DNA of 64,000 nucleotides from the NCBI GenBank assembly GCA_041666485.1, contig JBAYGW010000002.1, positions 7,711-71,710 on the forward strand, read 5' to 3'. Shown here piece by piece: positions 39,870 to 49,222 of this stretch. How positions within the stretch are numbered: the stretch's first letter is position 1; the number at the start of each line of letters is the position of its first letter. Origin of the DNA: Patescibacteria group bacterium (GTDB lineage Bacteria; Patescibacteriota; Patescibacteriia; UM-FILTER-42-10). Position numbers and translations under genes: made by a program. Below the pieces are notes generated by a model that searched no databases, had not been told where the DNA came from, and worked only from the letters and a program-made list of their open reading frames with translations.

Positions 39870-41348
39870 CTAACTAACAATCTTAATATCCCCTTTTCTG
39901 GTATCCAGCTCCACTAAATCGCCGTCTTTCAGAACTTTTGTGGCAATCTTTGCGCCGATAATGCAGGGCTTTTTCATTTCTCGGGCAACGATGGCCGCAT
40001 GCGAAGTCAATCCGCCCACATCCGTGACAAACGCCGAAGCTCTTTTCATCGCCGGTAATAGCGACGGGGTAGTAGCAACCGATACTAATATATCACCATT
40101 CTTCACTTTTGCTATTTTTGACGCTTCATTTACGATTTTCACTCTTCCTTTAGCGTAACCGGCTGAGGCTACAGTCCCATGGATAACAATAACCTGTTGT
40201 ATTTTTTGTTTTTCTCTTTTTACATTTTGCTTTACATACTCTCTTGCCTTTTTACCAGTAAGAATAATCTGCCGATCTTCACTAAGCGCAATCCAAACGC
40301 AATATTTACTTCGCTCCTGTAATACCTCAGGCAGAACCGCTTTCCCTGCACTCAGCCAGTTGACCAACTCCGACTTTGAACAATAATACAGTAATTTTTT
40401 GGGCAGTTTAAATCTCTTTGATGCTACAGACAGAATCTTTTCCCATTGAGAATATACACCAAATAGCACCTCCATACGTAGTCCTTTTAGATAAGTAAAT
40501 ATCTGGGCAACACTAAAGAGATATTTTTCTTGATCATTTAGACCAAGCTTTTTAAATACAGCAAGCTGTTTTTCCCGCAGTGCAGCGGCATAGTTAAGCA
40601 GATCAGTTAGTTCTTTCTTTGCTTCTTTTTTATTTTTAACCAGCTCCTGAATAGAAAGCTTCACTTCTTCAAATGTTGTACGAGGACCAAGTTGTCCGAA
40701 ATTTACCCAGTTCCATTTCTTATAATAATTACTGACCTTTCTTTCTTCTACATTTCTCCCGGCAGTATTAACAATCATTTTCATGAGTTCAATTCTGGCT
40801 GTCTTTGATGGTATAGGTTTTACTGGAGAAGAAAGTGTGTTCACTATTTCTGGAATTGACAGAGATTTATTATTTTTATCCACTGCTCTTTTTACTATTT
40901 TTTTTAGTAAATGGGAATATTTTTGAAAATAGTGATCAGAAAACACCGGCACATAACCCCAAACACAAAGTTCGTTAGCCAGTTTGTAGGTTTTTTGTAA
41001 ATAACTTGCCAGCTGACGGTTAGTCCACTGATCTAGGTCTTCATTTTCTACATCTCGGATTAATTTCAATAGAACTTTCACTATAGCCTCTGATTCTTTC
41101 CGGACTTGCTTTACAAACTCAGGTTTTTCCTGAATCTTGCCAATCAAATAATCCGAGCCCTTATCCCACGCAACATAGTCAACATAAAACAAAAGCATTT
41201 GTTTTTTGTGTTCGCAAAAAGTTTTCTCACCTACCCTACGACCGTCCAATAACTTAATTAATAAATTACTTGGCCAAGCATTATGATTCGGTGAAATAGT
41301 CAGTGGGCTTATGGAATATTCTTCATGTGATAGTACGTATTTTTTCAT
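39870..41348 (-). CDS. PEP-utilising swivel-domain protein, paralogue 4
   Basis: VGGLTSHAAIVAREMKKPCIIG; N-domain contains WNWVNFGQLGP and YLKGLRM. Confidence 0.9.
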   Translation of the reverse strand: MKKYVLSHEEYSISPLTISPNHNAWPSNLLIKLLDGRRVGEKTFCEHKKQMLLFYVDYVAWDKGSDYLIGKIQEKPEFVKQVRKESEAIVKVLLKLIRDVENEDLDQWTNRQLASYLQKTYKLANELCVWGYVPVFSDHYFQKYSHLLKKIVKRAVDKNNKSLSIPEIVNTLSSPVKPIPSKTARIELMKMIVNTAGRNVEERKVSNYYKKWNWVNFGQLGPRTTFEEVKLSIQELVKNKKEAKKELTDLLNYAAALREKQLAVFKKLGLNDQEKYLFSVAQIFTYLKGLRMEVLFGVYSQWEKILSVASKRFKLPKKLLYYCSKSELVNWLSAGKAVLPEVLQERSKYCVWIALSEDRQIILTGKKAREYVKQNVKREKQKIQQVIVIHGTVASAGYAKGRVKIVNEASKIAKVKNGDILVSVATTPSLLPAMKRASAFVTDVGGLTSHAAIVAREMKKPCIIGAKIATKVLKDGDLVELDTRKGDIKIVS

Positions 41349-41402
41349 ATCTTTTCCCCATAAAGTGATGCACGGGGCGCTTCTATAAAAGAAATTATAT
41401 TA

Positions 41403-43028
41403 TTAAAGTTTTCTCACTACCCCCTTCGTCGCGTCCACTTCCACCAGATCGCCGTCTTTTAAAATTTTGGTTACTATCTTAGTACCAATTACACAGGGGA
41501 TGCCCAGTTCTCTGGCAATGATTGCAGCATGAGAAGTTACTCCCCCCTGTTCTGTAACAATGGCTGATGCTTTTCTCATGGCCGGCATAATGTCTGGATC
41601 TGTTGCGATTGATACCAAAACATCACCATTTTTCATTTTATTCATATCGGAGGCTCTGATAATTATCCTTACCGTTCCCTTACCCCTGCCGACGCATCCG
41701 CATTGTCCTTGTATTTCTGTTATTTCCTCATCAATTGCCATTTTAGTTTTTTCGGCCAGTTTTTTTGCTGTATTTCCAGTAAATACTTTCTCAATTCCTT
41801 TTTCAACATAATACACGCAAAATCTAGTGCGCTGTTGTAATTCTTTTTTGTCGGGCTTTTCCCCGCCGATTAATGCGTCTCTAACCTCTGATTTGAGCAT
41901 AAACCTCGCCTGCATCAGGGAAATATCCAACCGTCTGGCTATCTCCCCTAATACCGGTTGCATGTTATAAATTGCATATATTTGAGCAAAACGGCGGTAA
42001 ATTTTTGTAATCATGAAATCAGACCAACTTGCGAATATTGTTTTCCAGGGGTTTTTTATCTTAAGCCGTTTGATTAGTATATTACGTTTCAGTATTAAAT
42101 CCTTATATTCTTTTTTTTCTTTTTTAATAATTTCGGATGTATTAATCCCTTCTCCGACCAGTTTTACCAGTTCCTTCAAATAATAGTCAAAAGTATAGAT
42201 ACCATCCTTGCCGATCCACATAAATTTTACATAGTGATACTTAACATAATGATACTGAATCAGTTTCAGTATTTCCATTTTAATCTGATCTTTGATATCG
42301 GCAACCTTTTTTTCAAACGCATCCTCATATTCAGGCGTATGCGTTTCCAGTCCGTACGGAGAAGCACTGTATTCTAAAAACTCCTGGTATAATTCCTGAA
42401 AAAGTTTTTTATGATACGGGTCTTTTTGAATTTTTGCCGCGATTGTTAAAAACTCTTCACGTTCAACCTGGATTAGAGATTTTTTTTCAGGTGCAGTCAG
42501 AGTTACTAAATATTCATTAATCTTTTCTTTTCTGACTCCGATTGATTTTAAATATTTTTTAAGCTCCCCGGTAAAGTTGCTATGAAACATATCAGCGGCA
42601 ACGGGTAACCAGCCCCATTGGTAATACTTCGTGTGGATCTCATCATGTCTGCGATAAAGATACCAAAGCTGTTTTTTCGTCATTCTCTCCAGATTTTCTT
42701 GAGGAAGATTATGTGCATAGTAACACAATTTGTCAGACCATTTTATAATCTCTTCATTCGCTTCCACCGAAAATTGAGGATTTTTAATGAACTTATCAAC
42801 TAGATGTTCCCCCTGCTTATACGAGTCATTTTCACCGAGATAAAACAGCATGCGGTATCCCTTGAAAATAGCCATTACTTTTTCGTTGGCAAATCCGCCC
42901 GGCCTGGCAAATTCATTGGCAAAACAGGATAGCCAAATTTGAGAAAAAAATAAATCAATATCCGGTATGTCTTCAGCTAGCATCCACGGATCTGCGCTAT
43001 TTATATACTTAATTTTTCTTGTAGACAT
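41403..43028 (-). CDS. PEP-utilising swivel-domain protein, paralogue 5
   Basis: QGGVTSHAAIIARELGIPCVIGT; N-domain contains ITKIYRR and EIARR. Confidence 0.9.
   Translation of the reverse strand: MSTRKIKYINSADPWMLAEDIPDIDLFFSQIWLSCFANEFARPGGFANEKVMAIFKGYRMLFYLGENDSYKQGEHLVDKFIKNPQFSVEANEEIIKWSDKLCYYAHNLPQENLERMTKKQLWYLYRRHDEIHTKYYQWGWLPVAADMFHSNFTGELKKYLKSIGVRKEKINEYLVTLTAPEKKSLIQVEREEFLTIAAKIQKDPYHKKLFQELYQEFLEYSASPYGLETHTPEYEDAFEKKVADIKDQIKMEILKLIQYHYVKYHYVKFMWIGKDGIYTFDYYLKELVKLVGEGINTSEIIKKEKKEYKDLILKRNILIKRLKIKNPWKTIFASWSDFMITKIYRRFAQIYAIYNMQPVLGEIARRLDISLMQARFMLKSEVRDALIGGEKPDKKELQQRTRFCVYYVEKGIEKVFTGNTAKKLAEKTKMAIDEEITEIQGQCGCVGRGKGTVRIIIRASDMNKMKNGDVLVSIATDPDIMPAMRKASAIVTEQGGVTSHAAIIARELGIPCVIGTKIVTKILKDGDLVEVDATKGVVRKL
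41421..41459. repeat. 39-bp exact direct repeat, copy 2
   Basis: Identical to 36887-36925. Confidence 0.9.
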
Positions 43029-43109
43029 TTTGCGTGCTTATCAAATACAGACAGCTTCTTTGTTATTTTATCATACTGTTTTCACGTGACATATACTTTT
43101 GTTCATTAA

Positions 43110-43622
43110 CTAAAACCTTCCTCCGCATATTGTAGACCATGTTCCGCCCCATTCGTCAGGACATTCATTTATCTTGGGCTTTGTCTCTAATCTATACATG
43201 ATGAAATATTTCTGGGAAGCCGCTTCATCACTTGCCTCCCATCTATTATAAAGGTATATATAGTGCTGATTGGTTTCATTATCCAATATGTTTAAGGGGT
43301 CATTGGGTAATGTCGGCATATATTTTGGCACAAGCGAAGGAATCCAATTGCCTGGCTGAAAACCCGGAGCTGAATTACAAGCAGAAACTGCGGGCAAGTT
43401 ATTGCATAAATGATAATCAGGATACACTCCATAATCATGATAATAGAGCTCTAGGGCGTTTCGGATCGCGCTGATATCCGCCACCCTTTTAGCATCACGT
43501 GCTTCTGCTCGGGCATGTTGCATGGATACGAATGCAATTGAGGAAATAAGACCCATAATAGCAACCACTACTAAAAGTTCCAGCAATGTGAAGCCTCTTT
43601 GTCCTTTGAATTGATGTTTCAT
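43110..43622 (-). CDS. Type IV pilin / GspG-like prepilin
   Basis: RGFTLLELLVVVAIMGLISSIA class III signal and ARDAKRVADI..ALELYY.D.G.YP. Confidence 0.92.
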   Translation of the reverse strand: MKHQFKGQRGFTLLELLVVVAIMGLISSIAFVSMQHARAEARDAKRVADISAIRNALELYYHDYGVYPDYHLCNNLPAVSACNSAPGFQPGNWIPSLVPKYMPTLPNDPLNILDNETNQHYIYLYNRWEASDEAASQKYFIMYRLETKPKINECPDEWGGTWSTICGGRF

Positions 43623-43632
43623 ATGTTTTTTA

Positions 43633-45279
43633 TTATTGCGGCAAGAAGAATCTGCCCACCGCTATGTTTATACCTGATGTCATTTCATTCGGGAAAGCTA
43701 CCACTTCATAAAGCGGATATTCGCCCATCCCTTTCCAAATTTTGATCACTGCCCGGTCGCCTGATTGTACCGCAGTTACTATCTCATCTTTACCATTATA
43801 ATTAAAATCGCCTGTAGCCAAACTTACTCCTCCGCGGAATTCAGGATGATAGGCAAAAAAACCATTGTGATACAGGGTCATGGAGCCGTCGGGTAAACGC
43901 CGGAATATCCGGACGTGCGGACCACCAACCGCCACCGGCGCCGTGATTATTTCATCGCCGTCGTTACCCACCAGATCACCCGTCGCAATATTTACCCCTC
44001 CTCTGAAACTGGTGGGATAAGCCATGAATCCTAAAATATGCGGCCAAATTTTATTTCCTTCGTAATGAAAAATCCGGACATGCGGTCCGCCGGTCAATTT
44101 TCCCGGAACTGTAATAATGTCAGCATGTCCGTCACCATCCAAGTCACCGCTTGCCACTTCCCAGCTTCCTCTCAGCCACTCATTGTAGGCAAAAAAGTTT
44201 TCAATCGTCGGTACATACACGCCATCGCGCTTGCCAAATATCCTGATATTCGGCCCGCCGCCTGATGCAGGAGATACGATTATCTCGCTATTGCCTTTCT
44301 TGTCCACATCACCAATTGCCACTTTTACGCCGTTTCGGAATCCATCCTGATATACTGATATTTCATCAAGCAGATCACCTTTCCAGTTGAAAATACGTAC
44401 TCTCGGCTCATAACCGGCACCCGGGCCAACAACTATTTCATCAATACCGTCTGAATCAAGATCACCGGCGGCAACATTTACGCCACCACGAAATGACTGG
44501 GAATAGGCGAAAAATTGGGAGAGCAAATGTCCTTCTTTTGTAAAAATTCTTACCTGGGGTCCGCCGCCCTGGTTCGGAACAGCAACTAAATAACTCTCCT
44601 GAAGCTGTAAATCACCCCCGCCAACCGGTGGTTGCGAAGGATTATCGGGCGGGTTGTCGTCTACAGGGATTTCCGTTGGCGGACTAACCACAGTACATTC
44701 ATCGGTCAGGTACGGTATTTCTTCTTGTGTGCCGCAACTATTTAAATCACTGCAGGTTCTGGACTTTACTCCGTCAACACATTCTGACCAGGCGGAACAC
44801 GTCCAAGATTCCACACAGTCCGTCCTGTGTGTAGCAATATTTGAAAGCGCGGACCATTGACCTTCATTATCCGCGGTCTTGATTGCAAAATAATAAGTGG
44901 TGTTTGGCGCCAGACCCATAACTATAAATGTTTCTCTGGTGCCGGCGGATGAGGGAGTGAGCGGATCAACCACTTGTGTCGCGCTACCCCAATTGGAATC
45001 ATTAATCGCCTGTGTACTGTAACGAATATCATATTCAACTGCTGTGCCGGTAAAACCGTCATCACCAGGCGCTGTCCAGTTAAGTGTCACTGAATTTGCT
45101 GAGGTGGCGCTGAACCCAGCTTGTACTTCAGTTAAGTGCAGTTGACTCCCGTATGGATATAACAAGCTGTATACCAATCCGATCAGCGCTGAAAGACCGG
45201 CAATAACGGCAATTTCAATGCTTAACCTGACAAGGAGTATTGGTTTGTTCTTAATTATTGAATCTGTCTTCACTTGCAC
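43633..45279 (-). CDS. Secreted FN3 + FG-GAP/VCBS-repeat protein
   Basis: TM segment, VTLNWTAPGDDG..GTA..YDIRYS FN3-like module, Cys-rich WTCSAWSEC, repeated GGP(Q/H/N)(V/I)RIF and FRGGV.VA.GD.DG units. Confidence 0.8.
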   Translation of the reverse strand: MQVKTDSIIKNKPILLVRLSIEIAVIAGLSALIGLVYSLLYPYGSQLHLTEVQAGFSATSANSVTLNWTAPGDDGFTGTAVEYDIRYSTQAINDSNWGSATQVVDPLTPSSAGTRETFIVMGLAPNTTYYFAIKTADNEGQWSALSNIATHRTDCVESWTCSAWSECVDGVKSRTCSDLNSCGTQEEIPYLTDECTVVSPPTEIPVDDNPPDNPSQPPVGGGDLQLQESYLVAVPNQGGGPQVRIFTKEGHLLSQFFAYSQSFRGGVNVAAGDLDSDGIDEIVVGPGAGYEPRVRIFNWKGDLLDEISVYQDGFRNGVKVAIGDVDKKGNSEIIVSPASGGGPNIRIFGKRDGVYVPTIENFFAYNEWLRGSWEVASGDLDGDGHADIITVPGKLTGGPHVRIFHYEGNKIWPHILGFMAYPTSFRGGVNIATGDLVGNDGDEIITAPVAVGGPHVRIFRRLPDGSMTLYHNGFFAYHPEFRGGVSLATGDFNYNGKDEIVTAVQSGDRAVIKIWKGMGEYPLYEVVAFPNEMTSGINIAVGRFFLPQ

Positions 45280-47826
45280 TTAATTAGCAGTTAAATTACT
45301 AATCATGCCCGGAGGAGTACTATCCACCGGCGGTAAGGGGTTGAGCAGTATCCTGCCGTCATACCAGTTTAACGTTACCGAGGTTGTTTCACCTCCCGGA
45401 TTTGCGGCTGGATCTTGTCCGCCATTTGTAGCATCAAGATAGCGATATGTGCCTCCAAGATCTACTGTTGAAGATCCTATATTATTGTTGAGTAATACAA
45501 TCCCGTGCTCAAAGTCCCTTCTATATACTCCGGTTTGAATTTGGACGTAATCAGTCACCGGCAGGCCTAAATAACCCCTTCCGGTGGCATAATCATCTGT
45601 TGGCTGTCCGGTATTAAAATCAACCCAATATTCATCAAACCAGGACTGTGATCTGTTCCCATCAGGGCTTTGCGAATTATAATAAATACCCGTCATTAGA
45701 CTGGCGGCAAGACCATATCTATGATACCGATAGTAAGACGTACTACCCAGAAGGTATGCATTTTCAAATAAATTGTCATTCAGACGGGGTGAAAGCGAAT
45801 GCTCCTCCCAATATTCAAATCCGCGCGTATTGGCCGGATCAAAATAATAAGTTAGCGTACTTGGTTGGAAGAACCTTTCCCACAAATTCCCATTATAATC
45901 AGCATGGTATTCAGCATTGCCATTACCGACTGTCAGCATGTCCTGACCTAAATGCGCCCTATTTTTTTGCATTTGAGCATGCATTCCTTCAATCCAAATT
46001 TGTGTTGCTTTAGCAAGATCCGCATTATCATTTAAATCTTCATCAATTCCGTCAAAATCAAAATCACAATACTGCTCGTAGATCCCCGGATTCTTTACAT
46101 AATCATATAAAAACCAAAAGGAGGATCCGGTTACATCCCACCAAATTCCATCAAAGTAATTCAGCCGGTCAAAAATATCTTTTTCCATGTGTTCCGCTGA
46201 AATATCCGTATACGGAGAAACAACGTTTAAATTATAAATCAAATTACTTGGGAAGCTGGGATTTACGCAATAAGTTCCCGGGTTTTCCGAACTCTGCAAC
46301 CGAAGACTGGGGTTCAAACGGTCATTAAAAGTCTTAAAAGCCACCCCGCTGTAATCCTGATACCCAATCGCATCTTTATACAAAAGAACTACTTCCTGAG
46401 GATTAGCTTCCTTGATTTGGCGGATAACATCAGGAACTAGTATTGAGGCCTTAGAAAAACTCACCAAGTCATATTTTCTTAGATAATCTACTTCGCTTAC
46501 AGATGGAGCATTGCTCCACCACAATTCCGAAATTTTTGGATAGGTCTGCGGAACATCCGGCAGAACCCGGAACTGGCGGAAAAAGCCGTAATCATCCGGA
46601 TCATCTGATGCCCCCTGGCATTTAATGGCAACAGGAAACTGATCAACGATATCATCAACTGTCTGTGTTATTGAATGCTCGGTTCCCACGGCACCAGTAG
46701 AATTTTCAAGTACACTGTATTGCTCCGGCTTCGTACCGTAACGGCAAGCCATGGGTGATGATGTTGTGAAGTTTATGGTAAATTGCTCCGTATTCGGTAT
46801 GAAATACCCGTCGGGACTGGTTACGGATATTTTAGAATCCAAAACAGTCGCGCTACTGTTTAATGCATCACCGCTACCCGTGACAGTCAGGCTGAATTCA
46901 TTACCAACCGCAAAATCACCACTATAATAGATATCGCTTTCGGAAAACGGCACGGATCTTTTATAATATTCATGTATCTGATCTGTTCCGAGCGGAGTAT
47001 TCAAAAATCTCATCTCGTCCACAATTACATCATCATTTCCGATAACCATATCCCCTGCCCCGGGAACGATAGACGGGAAATTTTCCGCCTCTGTGTAATC
47101 TCTCCTGGAAACCTGTTCGCCGTTATAATAATATTTAACGACTTTTTCGGAGGCAGACCAGGTGGCGGTCAGTAATATTGGCGTGTTAGTCGGCATCTCA
47201 ACACGATCATTTCCAGCCTGCGCAGAAAGTTCCCAGCCATCAGTCCCGTCATACATTGTAAATTTGAGTACATTTATTTCATGCACGTTCATCATGAATG
47301 AATCGCCCGTAGAATCATTGTGATACCTGAAAATATACGGACTCGCATCAAACGCCGGATCGCTGAGCGGTTTTTTCAGCGTTAACCAGATATCCATTGT
47401 TCCTTCGTTGAAATCAACATTATTATCAAGTGAATAATTTGCGCTACCGATCATTCCTTTTCCAAATTTTCCATTTTCATATGTTACAGAATCGGAAGAG
47501 ACAGGATTCTCGCCATTCACCGTTGTCTGAGTATCATCAAAATGAGCTAAAAAAGTTGTAGGTACTACGCCGTTTTCAGAAGTAACATCATTTACTGACC
47601 ATTCATAAAGTGAACCCTCAGCTGCATCAGATTGCGCAACTATTTCACTGCCAATATACGGCTGGATAATGTTTAGGTAGGAATCAGTCGCCTGGGTTTC
47701 CGGTGCTAACACACCACCTTTCCACAAATAAAAAACCGCCGATGAAACGGCAGCACTAAAAACAAAAATAACAACTACTTTAGTTATTATACTTCTGACT
47801 CTGAATGCGCTGATATCATTACGCAT
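45280..47826 (-). CDS. Secreted LamG/concanavalin-like + putative glycoside hydrolase (GHL15-like) protein
   Basis: TM segment, GKFGKG..GT.DIW..IVDEMRF LamG pattern, FDGIWWD, WFDEY..YLGLP..VYRRDFEHGIVLLN. Confidence 0.65.
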   Translation of the reverse strand: MRNDISAFRVRSIITKVVVIFVFSAAVSSAVFYLWKGGVLAPETQATDSYLNIIQPYIGSEIVAQSDAAEGSLYEWSVNDVTSENGVVPTTFLAHFDDTQTTVNGENPVSSDSVTYENGKFGKGMIGSANYSLDNNVDFNEGTMDIWLTLKKPLSDPAFDASPYIFRYHNDSTGDSFMMNVHEINVLKFTMYDGTDGWELSAQAGNDRVEMPTNTPILLTATWSASEKVVKYYYNGEQVSRRDYTEAENFPSIVPGAGDMVIGNDDVIVDEMRFLNTPLGTDQIHEYYKRSVPFSESDIYYSGDFAVGNEFSLTVTGSGDALNSSATVLDSKISVTSPDGYFIPNTEQFTINFTTSSPMACRYGTKPEQYSVLENSTGAVGTEHSITQTVDDIVDQFPVAIKCQGASDDPDDYGFFRQFRVLPDVPQTYPKISELWWSNAPSVSEVDYLRKYDLVSFSKASILVPDVIRQIKEANPQEVVLLYKDAIGYQDYSGVAFKTFNDRLNPSLRLQSSENPGTYCVNPSFPSNLIYNLNVVSPYTDISAEHMEKDIFDRLNYFDGIWWDVTGSSFWFLYDYVKNPGIYEQYCDFDFDGIDEDLNDNADLAKATQIWIEGMHAQMQKNRAHLGQDMLTVGNGNAEYHADYNGNLWERFFQPSTLTYYFDPANTRGFEYWEEHSLSPRLNDNLFENAYLLGSTSYYRYHRYGLAASLMTGIYYNSQSPDGNRSQSWFDEYWVDFNTGQPTDDYATGRGYLGLPVTDYVQIQTGVYRRDFEHGIVLLNNNIGSSTVDLGGTYRYLDATNGGQDPAANPGGETTSVTLNWYDGRILLNPLPPVDSTPPGMISNLTAN

Positions 47827-47855
47827 AGTTTTTTTATACTCAATTTACACATTTA

Positions 47856-47884
47856 ATGATAACAGAAAAATCACATTTTGTCAA
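47856..47884 (-). promoter_or_regulatory. sigma70-type promoter for the surface-protein genes
   Basis: Minus strand TTGACA (47884-47879), 17 nt, TATCAT (47861-47856). Confidence 0.6.
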
Positions 47885-47918
47885 TCAAGGACGCAACGCT
47901 TCAACATTCTTATTGAGT

Positions 47919-48596
47919 CTACATTTTATTACTTTTTATTTTTTCACAATCTCTTTTCCAATTCAAGAATTTCTTCCAAATTTTCTTATCCTTGTGCCAA
48001 TTATCCCGATCCGCCTCATAAGCTTGTTCTAATTCCCATACAACTTCACTGAAGAATCCTATCTTTCTAAAATAAAGGTCCCGGTCTTTTTTGTTAAAAA
48101 GCGCTTCAAATTTAATTTTACGCCTGCTAATCCACTCAGGATATTTTCCGCCAGTATCATCTAAAATAACAATAATTTTTTGAATGTTCAATTCCCCTCT
48201 GACATTTTCAATAAATATTTCCTTACTTGCTCCTGTAGCGATTACATCATCAACCAAAACTGCCCTGGCACCCTTGCTATATATTCCCTCTATTAATGAG
48301 TCTGTGGAATAACCCTTTGCTTTTTTTCTAATGTAAACCCAAGGGAGTTTTGTTTCCAACGCTATGGCAGCAGCCAGGCCAATCCCACCAGTTTCCCCTC
48401 CGGCAATTATTTCAATCTTTGGTTTGATTATTCTAATAATTTCGGCTAATTCTCGCGCTACCATTTTTAGAACAGCCGGATCAGATAGTGCCGCCTTAGG
48501 ATCCCAATAGATTGGAACAATCCGGTTCGCCTGGATCTTTACTCCGGGAGTATAAAAACGCTTCTGGGCTAATATTTTGAATACCTCATTTTTCAT
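47919..48596 (-). CDS. Orotate phosphoribosyltransferase (PyrE)-like type I PRTase, paralogue 1
   Basis: PIYWD, IAGGETGGI, YIRKKAKGY..IEG and PRPP loop LVDDVIATGAS. Confidence 0.85.
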   Translation of the reverse strand: MKNEVFKILAQKRFYTPGVKIQANRIVPIYWDPKAALSDPAVLKMVARELAEIIRIIKPKIEIIAGGETGGIGLAAAIALETKLPWVYIRKKAKGYSTDSLIEGIYSKGARAVLVDDVIATGASKEIFIENVRGELNIQKIIVILDDTGGKYPEWISRRKIKFEALFNKKDRDLYFRKIGFFSEVVWELEQAYEADRDNWHKDKKIWKKFLNWKRDCEKIKSNKM

Positions 48597-49222
48597 TTTT
48601 TTACCCTTCCTCCCCAGTTAATTGGATCTTTAAGATATTGTCTAATCGCTAAAGTATCCTCAACATTAAAAATGCCGTGCTCAATACCAAAGTTGGCAAT
48701 CTCTTGAAAAGTAACCAGATAGTGAATCTTTATCCTATTAGCTTTCTCTATTTTCTTTACCAGTTCCTTTTTGACTATAGAAATTACTAAAACATCTTTT
48801 ATTTTTGCCTTGTTTTTTCTTAACACTTTGACAGCATAATTAATATTGCTCCCGGTCACCACCATATCATCAATCAACACCACTTTCTGACGAGGATTAA
48901 TGATTCCTTCAATTTGTTTTTTAGTACCATTCCTCTTCGGCTTTTTTCTTACATAAACCATTGGTTTGGCAAGTGCCTGAGCAAGAATACCAGCAAATGC
49001 AATACCCGCTGATTCATTTCCCGCAATTATATCATAATAACTTGGCAATAATTTTTTTAGTTGGTTAAAAACCGCTGATAATTCTTTTGGGTAAGATAAT
49101 AAATTTCTATGATCAAGATAAATAGGTTGATATAGCCCCGCTCCACCCAATAGCGGCTTCTTGGAATTACAATAAACATTCTGTGCCTTGTATAATGCTT
49201 TAATAATTTTTAGCTTGTTCAT
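48593..49222 (-). CDS. Orotate phosphoribosyltransferase (PyrE)-like type I PRTase, paralogue 2
   Basis: PIYLDHRNLLSYP, IAGNESAGI, YVRKKPK..G..KQIEG and LIDDMVVTGSN. ATGA overlaps on both sides. Confidence 0.88.
   Translation of the reverse strand: MNKLKIIKALYKAQNVYCNSKKPLLGGAGLYQPIYLDHRNLLSYPKELSAVFNQLKKLLPSYYDIIAGNESAGIAFAGILAQALAKPMVYVRKKPKRNGTKKQIEGIINPRQKVVLIDDMVVTGSNINYAVKVLRKNKAKIKDVLVISIVKKELVKKIEKANRIKIHYLVTFQEIANFGIEHGIFNVEDTLAIRQYLKDPINWGGRVKK

Noticed and set aside
45277-45282. Stop-codon readthrough fusing the two surface genes
   Set aside because: The stop is TAA and the downstream ORF has its own N-terminal TM/signal segment.
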